Source: Lama guanicoe (lineage: Eukaryota). Taken from it: DNA of 64,000 nt. The translations under genes were made by a program, and so were the position numbers. This document shows, in pieces, positions 25,701 through 37,330 of the stretch. Position 1 is the first letter of the stretch. Each line of letters starts with the position of its first letter. Location: positions 3,934,799-3,998,798 of the forward strand of contig MU053588.1 in assembly GCA_013239625.1 (NCBI GenBank), read 5' to 3'. The notes below the pieces were generated by a model. The model did not search any database and was not told the origin of the DNA. It saw only the letters and a list, made by a program, of their open reading frames with translations.

Positions 25701-26053
25701 TTTCAATGAAAAATGATACAGACCTTTATTTGATGATAATCAGTAAAAACATTATATTTCTAATGTTATCCTGTTATGGCAAATAAAATAACACGTGTGA
25801 ATAAATGCATGTGCATTGGGGGATGGATTCAAAAAATTTGGAGTAAAATGTTTACAGAGGTTGCCTCTTCAGTTTGGTCTTTTCTGTATTTTCTGAATTA
25901 CTGTATGAGAATGGATTGCTTTTCTAATAAAAATTATAATAGAGCTAATCACTCTTTTTTGAGATTGGAGGGTGAAATAAAAGAGATATGAATATGGTGA
26001 TATTTCAGGTATTATGATAAGGCTTTTTTTTCTCCAAGGGCTTAAAGTCTTTT

Positions 26054-26670
26054 TTTGTTTTAATTGAAGTATAGTCAGTTTACAATGTTGTGTTAGTTTC
26101 TGGTGTACAGCACAGTGATTCACTTACACATAATATATATATATATTCATTTCATATTATTTATCATTATAGGCTATTACAAGGTATTGAATATAGTTCC
26201 CTATACTATACAGTAGGACCTTGTTGTTTACCTATTTTATGTACAGTAGTGTGTATCTGAATGTCCCGGACTCCAATTCATTCCTTCCCACCCGCTTTAC
26301 CCTCCTGATAATCATAAGTTTGTTCTCTATGTCTGTGAGTCTGTTTCTGTTTTGTAAATAAGTTCATTTGTGTCCTTTTTTTTAGATTCCACATATAAGT
26401 GATATCATATGATATTTGTCTTTCTCTGTCTGACTTACTTCACCTAGTACGACAATCTCCAGGTCCATCCACATTGCTGCAAATAGCATTATTTTATTAT
26501 TTTTGGTCGCTGAGTAGTATTCCATTGTGTATATACACCACAACTTCTTTATCCAATCATCTGTCAACAGACATTTAGATTGCTTCCATGTCTCGGTGAT
26601 TGTAAATAGTGCTGCTTTGAACACGGGGGTGCATGTACCTTTTCACATTAGAGTTTCCTCTGGATATATG
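26054..26670 (-). mobile_element. 5'-truncated young L1 with TSD
   Basis: ORF2 end (MFKAALFTITETWKQ...HMISLICGI); 19-bp TSD caagggcttaaagtctttt at 26035-26053 and 26671-26689. Confidence 0.9.
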
Positions 26671-26786
26671 CAAGGGCTTAAAGTCTTTTAGTTGATTGTC
26701 TCCCATTGGAATATCAAGGTTCTGTGTCTTGAGTCATGAGCTTTGATATGCAATAGTTCTCCCTTTACTGGTTTCCCTTGACTCAC

Positions 26787-26881
26787 CTGGACAAATCTGC
26801 TTGTCACTACACTCTCCACCTACTAGGCCTGGAACCCTTGTTCCAACTCAGGAATTACACCTGGCTTGGAAACAGAAAAAC
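26787..26881 (-). pseudogene. Fossil KRAB-B exon with intact splice sites
   Basis: tttatgtgcag|...|gtgagt; 95 nt; reads GFSVSKPGVIPELEQGFQA**VESVVT, similar to the KRAB-B consensus KPDVISxLEQGxEPWxVE. Confidence 0.7.
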
Positions 26882-27157
26882 CTGCACATAAAAGAAACGG
26901 TGCTTAGGCCTGCTGTGGCTGTCAGTGAATTCAGATACAGTCCTATGGTGAAGGGGCAGGGAAGTCCAGTACAAGAAGGGCCAAAGGAAAGCCATTCAAG
27001 GAACCAGGATGGTGATGCTTCAAGGAAGACAGAGTAGAACATCACTGAATCTCAGACCCCTCATAAACTCAAACACTTCAGCTTCCCTAGAGGGTCACAT
27101 TAAGGGACTAAAAAAGCTCCAGAGATCAGATTTTAAATTTAAAGATTTGATCATAAA

Positions 27158-27258
27158 ATAAGAAGAGAAGGTATAGCTCAGTGGTAGAGCACATGCTTAG
27201 CATGCACAAGGTCCTGGGTTCAATCCCTAGTACCTTCATTTAAAAAAATTTTTTTAAA
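27158..27258 (+). mobile_element. tRNA-derived SINE (camelid Vic-1-like)
   Basis: ggtatagctcagtggtagagc A box, gggttcaatccc B box, A-rich tail; 18-bp TSD taaagatttgatcataaa at 27140-27157 and 27259-27276. Confidence 0.85.
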
Positions 27259-27278
27259 TAAAGATTTGATCATAAATG

Positions 27279-27389
27279 CTCTGCTTCTGTGATGTTTCAG
27301 CGTCTCATCCCTATACAAGTTCTGAGAGGGTATGGTCATCAGTACTGCACCCAGCAGAGGCTGTTGCCACATTCCCAAATGTCACTACC
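27279..27389 (-). pseudogene. Fossil KRAB-A exon
   Basis: ttgtaatttcag acceptor, then VVTFGNVA and, after a frameshift, PSQNLYRDETLKHHRS, similar to VTFxDVA...[16 protein letters not shown]. Confidence 0.65.
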
Positions 27390-27639
27390 CTGAAATTACA
27401 AGGACCTAAGTTCCCATATGGCCCTGAGAAACTGGAAGAAGTGAAGTTGATTAAGATATGGAAGTGGAACAGCATGGAGAGCAGGTGTGTTTAGCATTCT
27501 GAATTCAGCAGCAGCTGATTGGTTAAATGTGTAACAGAACATCTATGTAATGAAATATTAAGCAGTCATTATATGCTAAGTCTGAGAATCTGTTAAGGGA
27601 ATGAAAATATTCAAAAATATCACGTCAGTTGAAAAAACC

Positions 27640-28820
27640 AGGTTACAAAGACAAAAAACTCAATTAAAAAGTGGACAAAAATGGGAATAGACATTTCTCC
27701 AAAGAAGATACACAAATGGCCAATAAGCACATGGAAAGATGCTCAACCTCACTAATCATCAGAAAAAATGCAAATCATAAACCGCAAGACCTACTTCATA
27801 CTCACTAGGATAACAACAGGCACTGGTGAAAATGTGGAGAAACTGGAACCCTCACACATGGCTGGTAGGAATGTAAAAAGGTATAGACATTTTGGAAAAG
27901 AATCTGACAGGTCCTCAAAAGAGTTACCATATGACACAGCAATTCCACTCCTAAGTATATACTTAAGAAAAATAAAAATAATATATGTCTACACAAAAAC
28001 TTGTACACCAGTGTTCACGGCAGCGTTATTCACCATAGCTAAGTAGAAACAACTCAGACGTCCATCAGCTGATGAATGGGTAAGTAAAATGTGGTATATC
28101 CATACAATGGAGTATTATTCAGCCTTAAAAAGGAAGGAAATTCTGAAGCATACTACAACATGGATGAATCGATGTGAATCATATTGGAAACACCATGCTA
28201 AGTAAAAGAAGCCAGTCACATTCAGGATAATTCACAATAAAAAGATATATTTATTCAAATTATACATTGAAGGGCTGGGCTGTTAGCTAGAGACATTTAT
28301 ATGTGAAGCAGCTCTTTAAAGAAGTAAGATACACAAATAGGTCTGTAATACACATATTTGGTATAATATACATAATTGAAATTAATAAAACCTGGAAGAC
28401 CAACTATTATTATGCTACATTCTGTTAGGATCTTTTAAAAAGCACACATTTAGTAGTCCATTTGTGCTTAAAATATTCCTATGTGTGAGAAGCTTAAAGA
28501 AAAAAAAAGCTCTGTACATGATGATGAAAAGAAAGTAATAAATTTTTTGAAATTGCACTGTTGAAAAAAAAAAAGCCAGTCACAAAAGACGACAGATTAT
28601 GTAATTCTAGTTCTACAAAATGTCCAAAAGGGGAAAATTAATAGAGACAGAAAGAAGATAAGTGGTTGTGGGATACAGGCAGTGACTGCTAATGGGTTAG
28701 GGTCTCCTTTTAGGGTGATGAAAATGTTCTGAAGTTGATTGTGGTGATGGATGCACAAAAATTGTGTACTTCAAATGGTTGAATGGTGTGGTGTGTGAAT
28801 TTCATCTCAATAAAGCTGCT
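27640..28820 (+). mobile_element. Old L1 3' portion with a nested polyadenylated insertion
   Basis: gacatttctccaaagaagatacacaaatggccaataagcacatgg; ORF2 end ([20 protein letters not shown]); aataaa at about 28809. Confidence 0.85.
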
Positions 28821-29204
28821 GAAATATCAGGTTATGAATGCACAAAATTATACACATAGAAAATATGATTATGAAATATATGTACTTATCAATATAGAGA
28901 GAAAAGTGACAGACATCAATAAACAGATAAACGTATATAAAAGCATATACCCATTTATTAATATTTCTTATTTGTGTGTCATAGCCCTGGTTTTCTTCCT
29001 TTTCCTAAAAGTATATTTCAGAAAATTTTAAACAATAGCCATTCCTTAATTTGATACTCACATACAGAGACACACAGACACAGACACACACGTTTTTTAT
29101 TTTCTAAAGGAGAAACCTCTTCTCCAAACAGGTGGGAAAAAAGGTCTCATCTCTCTCTCCTTTTAATATCCCTGAACCTGAAGATTAAGCCTGGTACACT
29201 CTAG

Positions 29205-29372
29205 AACAAAGGTCCTCAAAATTTTGTCTCTGGGAACTTACCAGAAATGTAGGTTCTCAGCTCCATCCCAGACCTGCTGAGTTGGAAACTCTGAGGCTGG
29301 GGCTCAGCAAACTGTATCTGAACAAGCCCTGCAGGTGACTCTGATGCACCTGACATTTGAGAACCAACACTG
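29205..29372. mobile_element. MER5A-like hAT MITE
   Basis: cccagacctgctgagttggaaactctg...aacaagccctgcaggtgactctgatgca...tttgagaacca. Confidence 0.75.
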
Positions 29373-30236
29373 TTCTAAAAACAGTTGCTGTGTTTTTACT
29401 GAAAGATTTTACTTCATTACTGTCAGATCCCAGGACCTGAACCAACCCTAATTTGTTTGCCTATAGAAATGTACATCCGTGTAAACTGGAGGCTGTGATG
29501 GTTTGTATATATTAACAGGAGTCTCAATGCTGCTTCCTGGAATTCTATGTTCCTGAGTGATAGGTTTATTTTGATTCTGCACCTGTCCCCTAGCCACAAT
29601 GTCCTACAAACAGCTGATAAGACATCTTGTCACATTTAATGTCACTAGAATAAAAAGTCTAAGGTAGAAAATCCATTTTCCTTCACAGATTTCTCATAGT
29701 TTGACCATATTCTGGCAGCGCTGCTATAGAGAGAGTGATGTCTCTTTCTATCAACTCCAAGGCAGGTCACCTGAATTTCTCTAGTGGCATTTCACATCCT
29801 CTATCTTACTTATTCCTATTCTGATTTCATTTCTTTACTGGATAACAAGTCATTTAAGGATAGAAGCTATATCTTTTTGTCATTGCATTCCAACAAGTAC
29901 AAGCCTAAATATCTGGTATTTGACTCAAATTCCAAACTAGAAATTTATCCTTAGGAAATGACTATAAAAGCACATAAAGATCTATGCATAATGATGTTCG
30001 TTGTAGACAAATTTTGTTTTTAATTAAAAATTAGAAATATAATCGCTAACAGTAGGCCACAAAGTTAAATAAATTACGATGAGAAGGGTTTGGGGTTCTG
30101 ACAAGGGTGATTCATCTGTGTGGCCCTACAATTTACAGATATGTCACTATCAGGCAGGACATTTCAGCAGAAGGAAAAGAAGGATCTCATGCTTTTAAGA
30201 TTAAAGTGTTTTATGAATGAGGAAACACAAACTCAC

Positions 30237-30315
30237 CTGAACTCAAACTTTTTGAAGTGTAACAAAAAATTCTTTCCTCTCTCAGGATCCTTTTTTGTGT
30301 AAGAGACAAGTAGCA
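30237..30315 (-). other. Candidate ZNF404 5' UTR exon
   Basis: Strong acceptor ttctcttttcccag and donor cag|gtgagt; inferred from sequence only. Confidence 0.45.
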
Positions 30316-31019
30316 CTGGGAAAAGAGAAGGCAAACATGAGACACCAGGATGTTCTTGGATAGCACATTCACTTACAAAACACCCTCCTTCCATGACCAC
30401 ACCTCACCCAGTCCACCGCAACCAGATGGGAGGAGGGAGACTGAAACAGCATTGACTTTTCCCAGTATGAGAGAGGCCAGGGTCACTGATGTCGAGGGTG
30501 AAATCTGTCTAATTCACATTAGGTTCCTGTGGCAAGAGTTGTGGAAATGTTGAGGTTCTGAAATGTACAGCTGACCTCTCGGTGCTTCCAATGGGGACCC
30601 TCCCAGGAGGGAATCCTACTTCTGGGACCTCATCAGGTCTTCCCAGAAGCCTGTCTTGGGGCCACATCCCGCTTCAGAAAAGTCTCATCTCATGATCAAG
30701 TCTGTGTCTTCTTGCTGGGATCCTCCACTCTTACATTCGAAAGCTCAGAATCTGGTTTATCGCCTTGATCTGCGGCAGACACCAAGTGGCTGTGAGGGGA
30801 GAGGGCTGAGGACTCAGTACAGCCTACAGCCAAGAGTTCCAGCGACAACCCACACGGACACACAACCTTTGCTCATCCAAAAGCCACGCAGTTAAACACA
30901 ATCACCCAGTTAAATACGGACACAAACAGACACATCATCATGGAGACACGCCTACACACACACGCACACAAACACACACATACGCACATGAGAGTCTCAA
31001 TAGGCACACAAATCTCTGC

Positions 31020-31460
31020 TGCTCACGCAGACACGGGCCTGCGACTCGAGGCCCGACACGCCCTTTCCGCGCCCGGAGAGTCCTCGCCTTGAGCGCCTGT
31101 CACTCCACCATGGGTTCCAGTCCGGCTGTAGTCAGGGACTATGAAAGCCTCCTCCGATTTTTTTTCTTTGGATACAATCTACTCACCACGTAGGGACCAC
31201 AGCTGCTGGGCCACCGGAAGAGGACCCAGGACAGAGGCCGAAGCGAGCCCGGTGGCTTCTGGGAAATGCAGTCCATCCGGAATAGCCCCGGCGGCAGGGA
31301 ACCCGCGGTGCTCCGTGTGCGCAGGCGCAGCCTTGTGTCGGCGGGCGGCCGAGGTAGACCCCAATCCCGGAGGACAGTGGTTTCAGGTGGTCCTGCGAAA
31401 GTGGAAAAGGCGAGTGGAATCGGAGTTTAGGATGTAGAGGGCAGAGCGGGCGGTTGATGA
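31020..31460 (-). promoter_or_regulatory. CpG-island promoter and likely first exon of ZNF404
   Basis: CpG-rich; ZNF143/ACTACA-type motif TGGGAAATGCAGTCC at 31260-31274; minus-strand donor gtg|gtgagt at 31186. Confidence 0.7.
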
Positions 31461-32309
31461 CTTCAGAGCCTCAGACCTGCGTGCAGAAGTGGTGGGCTCC
31501 TGGGTAGGATGGTCCCCTGGGTGTGAGCTCCGTGAGGACAAGGTCTTTATAGTCTTTCACGCCCCCACCATCAGCACCTGGAGTAGCACCGGGAGCACAG
31601 CGGGCGTTAAGTGTGCATTTGTTTTAAAGAAGGAATGCCTGGGCATGGGTGGGTGTGTTCGCGTTTTCATTCTTTGTGACATTGTGGGACCCACTGTGTG
31701 TCTGTAACCGCGTATGTGGTTGTGTTTCTGTTTGTGGTTTGTTTCGTAGAGTGTGGATGTGAAAATAGTTTATGTTTCAGATTTTGATATACGATTTGTT
31801 AAGCACACTTCCTCCCCGCTTCTCCATCCCACCACGAAATTCCTCATGCCCATTAATTTGCCTTTCTCTCCATTGAAGGCTCAGTCTGGCTGACTTGCCA
31901 AAGACACATCCTTGCAGGGCAGACTCATCCATTAGGCACAGTGGGCAAAGTGCCTAGGGCCCACAAATAAAGGTCTTTAAATGTCGGAAATAAACATTAA
32001 ATTTTAGGTCAAAGAAATGTTTAATTGGAAGAAATTATTTATCTACTATTAATTTATTATTATTACTATACCTAAACAGTTGTAAAATACTGTTATTTTT
32101 ATTTTATGTTTCATGGAAGAAGAGGCCCACGAAAGTCATAATGCAGCCATGCATCTTAGCCAAATCAAATCAGATTTCAATCTAGCCTTAATCTTCTCCC
32201 AGCTCCCCACTGGGACTTGTGAAAACAGCACAGTACCTGCTGACCTTAGGTGAACTGCGGTGAACTCTGAGCTTCCCTCCGATACCAAAGCCAAATAAGG
32301 ACACTACGT

Positions 32310-33130
32310 CAAGAAGACAAGAGAAAACAAGTGTTGGTGAAGATGTGGAGATAAGGGAACTCTTGTACACCATTGATGGGGATGTAAATTGGTGTATCCA
32401 TTATGGAAAACAGTATAGAGGAAAAATTCAAAAATAGAATTACCATATGACACTAATTCTACTTCTGGGTATATATTGAAAGTAAATGAAAACAGGAAAT
32501 TGAAGAGATATGCACTCTCATGTTTATTTCAGCATCATTCACAATATGGAAACAACCTACCATATAGAAACAACCTAAGTGTCAACAGATGAATGGATAA
32601 GGAAGTTGTGGCATATATACAATGGAATATTATTCCAGCTGTGAGAAAGAAGGAAATGCTGCCATTTGCAACAGTATGGGTGGACTTTGGGGGCATTATA
32701 CTAGGCTAGATAAATCAGACAAAGACAAATACTGTATGATATCACTTATATGTGGAATCTAAAAAAAGCAAACTCATAAATATAGAGAGTAGAATGATGG
32801 TTGTCACAGGTTGGGGGAGGGGTGGGGAAATAGGATATATTGTTTAAGGGTACAAATTTGGAACTAGTAGATAAATAAGTCCTGGAAAGTTAATGCATTG
32901 CATAGTGATTATAGACAAAATATTGTATTTTAAACTTCAAAGTTGTTAAGGAAGTAGATCCTAATTGTTCTTACCACAAAAAAGACATGAAAATTTGGTG
33001 AGGCGATAGAAGTGTTAGCTAACACTAAGGTGGTAATTATCTTGCCATATATAGATGTATCAAATCAACATGTTGTATACCTTAAATTTATACAACGTTA
33101 TATGTCAGTTACATTTCAGTTAAAAAGGAG
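32310..33130 (+). mobile_element. L1 3' fragment
   Basis: caagtgttggtgaagatgtggag, atcacttatatgtggaatctaaaaaa and L1MA-type 3' UTR sequence. Confidence 0.85.
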
Positions 33131-33409
33131 CAAGAATTACCTGATGTGATTTCTTAATTGGAACTCAAAGAATAACTTTTTCAAGATATTACATAGGGTG
33201 GACTCCATTCTATACTATAATATTTTCTCCAATTACCTAACAATGCATAAAAAACAAAGCAAAGGAAAAGCATAATATTTTGCTGTTTCTGCTTCACATC
33301 ACACTAGACAGTTGCATGTTCTTTTTTTTATGAGCTTTTGGAAAAGGGTGAATCCAGGTCCATGTAATAAAGTCTTGCTCAGTATAGCTCAGCCCATCTC
33401 TTTTGTTTT

Positions 33410-34445
33410 TTAATTTATTTTTTTATTGACGTATAGTCAGTGATAATGTGTCAATTTCTGGTGTACAGCACAATGCTTCAGACATACATGAATATACATA
33501 TATTCGTTTTCATATTCTTTTTCAATGTAAGCTACTACAATATATCAAATATAGTTCCCTGTGCTAAACAGTATGTACCAGTCATTATCTGCAAATCTCA
33601 AACTCCCAATTTATCCCTTCCTACTCCTACCCCCTTTCCCCCTGGTAACAGCTTACTTCATTTAGTATGATATTCTCCAGGGCCATCCATGTTGATGCAA
33701 ATGGCATAATTTCATTTTTAATGGCTGAGTAGTATTCCATTGTATAAATATACCACAACTTCTTTATCCATGCATCTGTTGATGGACATTTAGGTTGTCT
33801 TCATGTCTTGGCTATTGTAAATAGTGCTGCTATGAGCATTGGGGTGCAGGTATCTTTTCAAATTAAGGTTCCCTCTGGCTATATGCCCAGGAGTTGGATT
33901 GCTGGATCATATGGCAAGTCTATTTTTAGTCTTTTGAGGAATCGCCATACTCTCTTCCACAATGGCTGCACCAAGCTGCATTCCTACCAACAGTGTAGGA
34001 GGGTTCCCTTTTCTCCACACCCTCTCCAGCATTTATCGTTTGTGGACTTTTGAATGATGGGCATTCTGACTGGTGTGAGGTGATATCTCATCATAGTTTT
34101 TATTTGCATTTCTCTGATAATTAGCGATATTGAGCATTTTCTCAGGTGCCTATTGGCCATTTGTATGTCTTCATTAGAGAATTGCTTGTTTAGGTCTTCT
34201 GCCCATTTTTGGATTGGGTTGTTTGCTTTTTTCTTATTACGTTTTATGAGCTGTTTATATATTCTGGAAATCAAGCCCTTGTCAGTCTCAACTTTTGCAA
34301 ATATTTTCCCCCATTCCATAGCTTGTCATTTTGTTTTGTTTATGATTTCCTTTGTTATATTCTTTTTCATTAAAAGTTATTACAAGATATTAACTATAGT
34401 TCCCTGTGCTATATGGAAGAAATGTTTTTTTATCTATTTTTATAT
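33410..34445 (-). mobile_element. Young L1 3' fragment
   Basis: ORF2 translation [20 protein letters not shown]...[17 protein letters not shown]-rich tail at about 33400-33426. Confidence 0.9.
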
Positions 34446-34639
34446 TCAGCCCATCCCTTTCATGATCTCTATTTTTACCTCACACATAGCACGCCGTTAT
34501 CATTATTTTCCATTTATTTTTTCATTTATATTTCCAAGGTCTGTCAGGGAAACAATAAGAAAACGAAAACGCAAGCCAAGCCCTGCAAACACCCTGTGGC
34601 TTATTCAGACTCCACCTGCTAATTCAAAAGTAAAATTGC

Positions 34640-35300
34640 AGGCAGGCGGGAAGCTCAGCCCCACAGAGAATTCTGGGACGTGTAGTCTCCACGCTTCCTG
34701 TGATTGGAGCACTTCCGCTGCGAGAAAGTTCGGTTCTGTTATTTGCTCCGCTGGGGACATAGGAGCGTTTAATCCAATGCTATGCGTGTTTGGAGGCATT
34801 TCGGCTACTGTAGGGCCAGAATAAGAAGCTCGCTCCTTTCCTGGACTCTGGGAACTTCGATTCAGGCCGTGGCTGTTGGAGCCCGCACTTCCGCCTCAGG
34901 GGGCGGGGCAGCGGATCTTATTCCTCTCGAGGAAGCTGGGAAATGTAGTCCAGGAGCTCCGCGTAATCGAAAGTATTTCCGCTTCAGGAGGTTGAGTTTG
35001 CGGCCTTCGGTTCTCTCCGGGAGGTGAGTGATCTCCGGGACCGTCCGGTCTCTTTTAACGTTTCTGACCTGGTGGTGGGATCAGCCAGTCAGGGTCCTCA
35101 GTCACAGGGCAGAAGAGCCTCGGCCAGCAGCAGAGGGCAGGGTGGAGGGGCGGGGCGGCCGCTTGCCTTCCTCTCATCGGATTCTTTGCGTTTGAGGCGG
35201 TTCGCGAGTCCCCTGGCTGTAGGTGGACGGGAATCGGCAGTTTGACTGTCTCCTGTGCTCTGCGCTGTGCAGCCCGCCTCCCCTCGCACCTTCCACACGC
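34640..35300 (+). promoter_or_regulatory. CpG-island promoter and likely first exon of ZNF45
   Basis: ZNF143/ACTACA-type motifs at 34674-34687 and 34937-34951, CCAAT boxes, ACTTCCG (ETS), GC boxes, and donor gag|gtgagt at 35023/35024. Confidence 0.75.
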
Positions 35301-36570
35301 TCTGTCACTTCCTAGCGAGGATGAGAATTTAATCTTTCTGTGCCTTGGTTTCCTTTTCTGTAAAACGGGATATTTCGCCTTATACAAGTGAAATGTCTGG
35401 AACAGATCAGGCATGTGGCAAGGCGTTAACTGTTAAGATTAATGCTGTTACAATAATTAGAAAAGCAGCCCTTCCTCTGAAAGCTGTTTTAAGTGCCCTC
35501 TGGCTTCTTTCTTATCCCTACGGAAAGGAGGCTGTGCCTGGACTACTTCGGACCCATTTTTAAAGAAAGAGCGCGTCACGCATGCATATCCTCACTGGTT
35601 TTTCCAGGACCACAGAGTCGTGGTTATCTCCCAGCCTCCTTTCCTTCCCAGGCCCTGACTTCTGAAAGAGGGGCTGTAGGAAGAGGGGAGTGTGCGCAGG
35701 GCTCCTGGCAGCAGAGCCCCACCGTGACAGGACTTAGCATCTTCCTTTTCTGTCCTGAGTGGTAAAAGGTATTTTATTCATTAGTAAATGTTTCTGCTAC
35801 AGAAGTATTCGATTACTGTTAAATACTTGTGAAAGTATGTAGATCATGTACAGGGCAAAAGTGATGGTCATGATAGTTAAACAGTGAGTGCATAAGTATC
35901 CTTCTAAGGGCTTCATAAAAGTTAGCACATTTAACCTTCACAAGGCGCTGTGAAGTGAATATTGTTATTACTTATCTTTAACAGATGAAGAAATGGAGAC
36001 AGAGAGTTTAAGTTACTTAAGAGCAGTGGGATTTGAGTCCAGGTCCTGTATTCCTTATATCTTAGGATATCCTTGGTTCCTTAGTTTAAAATCCCCAAAT
36101 TGGAATTAGGAAACAAAATAGAAAAACAGTCTATCAAAATATGCAACCATAGGAACTGGCTGCAGATGTGGCATTTGGGATCAAGTTGTGGAGGTAGGAC
36201 TGGAATTATATTGTAGAGGATTTGAAAGCAGGGTTAGTGAGTTTGGGCATTTTTCTAAATTTTTGAAAACAATCTCATTTAATCTTGCTTAAATAATATT
36301 TATAGTTCTTATTTTGATTATAGAATATATGTACATTCATTGTAAAGAATTCAGAAAACGTAGAGATATGACATAATAAAAAACATTAAGAATTAACCAT
36401 ATAGACGTATATGTTATAACGTGTAGGATATGTGTGACATATACAAAATATAGACATATAGTTTATAGATACTGTTAACATTTCAATGCACTTCATTTTA
36501 GCAGCTTTTCAGTGTGTATTTACCTATGTTTCATAGAATTGTTATCAGATTATTCATATCCTTAACTCTT

Positions 36571-36706
36571 TTTTCTTTCTTTTTTTTAAACATTTTTATT
36601 GAGTTATAGTCATTTTACAATGTGTCAAATTCCAGTGTAGAGCACAATTTCTCAGTTATACATGAACATATATATATATTCATTGTCACTTTTTTTTCGC
36701 TGTGAG
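36571..36706 (-). mobile_element. Very short L1 3'-end insertion with TSD
   Basis: 18-bp TSD ttcatatccttaactctt at 36553-36570 and 36707-36724; same 3' end as the L1 at about 6700-6840. Confidence 0.85.
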
Positions 36707-36944
36707 TTCATATCCTTAACTCTTAATTCTGGAAATTTCTAGATATACCCAAAGTATAATATTAATGAACTACTCTGTAACCATCACCCCACGTCAATCC
36801 TTGCTAATCTGTTGCTTCTCCCTCTCACCATGCATGTATTTTTTCCCATTGAGTATTTGAAAGCAAAGCCAGATGTTGACTCAGGAGGACTTAAAAATTA
36901 ATTATTATAAGTTGCTTGCATATAGAGACCTAGAGAAGGGAGGT

Positions 36945-37330
36945 TGTATTAGTTTGCTAGAGCTGCTGTAACAAAATATCACAAACTGGTGGCTTAAACA
37001 ACAGAAGTTAATTTTTCTCACAGTTCTGGAGCTAGGAATACAAGATTGAGGTGCAGCAGGTTTGGTTTCTTCTGAGGCTTCTCTCCATTGGCTTGCAGGT
37101 GGCTGCCTTCTTGCTGTGTCCTCATGGGCTCTCTCCTTTGTGTGTGTGCATGTCCCTTTTTTTGTCCACATTTCCTCTTAGAAGGACACTAGTCAGATTG
37201 ATTTAGGGCCCACCTTAATGGCCTCATTTTAACTTAATCAATCACCTCTTTAAATGCCCTATCTCCAAATAAAATCACATTCTGAGGTCCTGGAGATTAG
37301 GACTTTAACATATGCATTTGGAGGTGGTGG
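36945..37330. mobile_element. MLT1B/C-type MaLR solo LTR
   Basis: tgtattagtttgctagagctgctgtaacaaa...cacaattcatcccataaca. Confidence 0.85.

Noticed and set aside
27158..27258. tRNA-like sequence with A and B boxes
   Set aside because: It has an A-rich tail and TSDs and no proper acceptor stem, so it is a SINE and not a tRNA gene.
34153..34824. 223-aa ORF
   Set aside because: Antisense L1 sequence running into a GC-rich promoter; no domain similarity seen.
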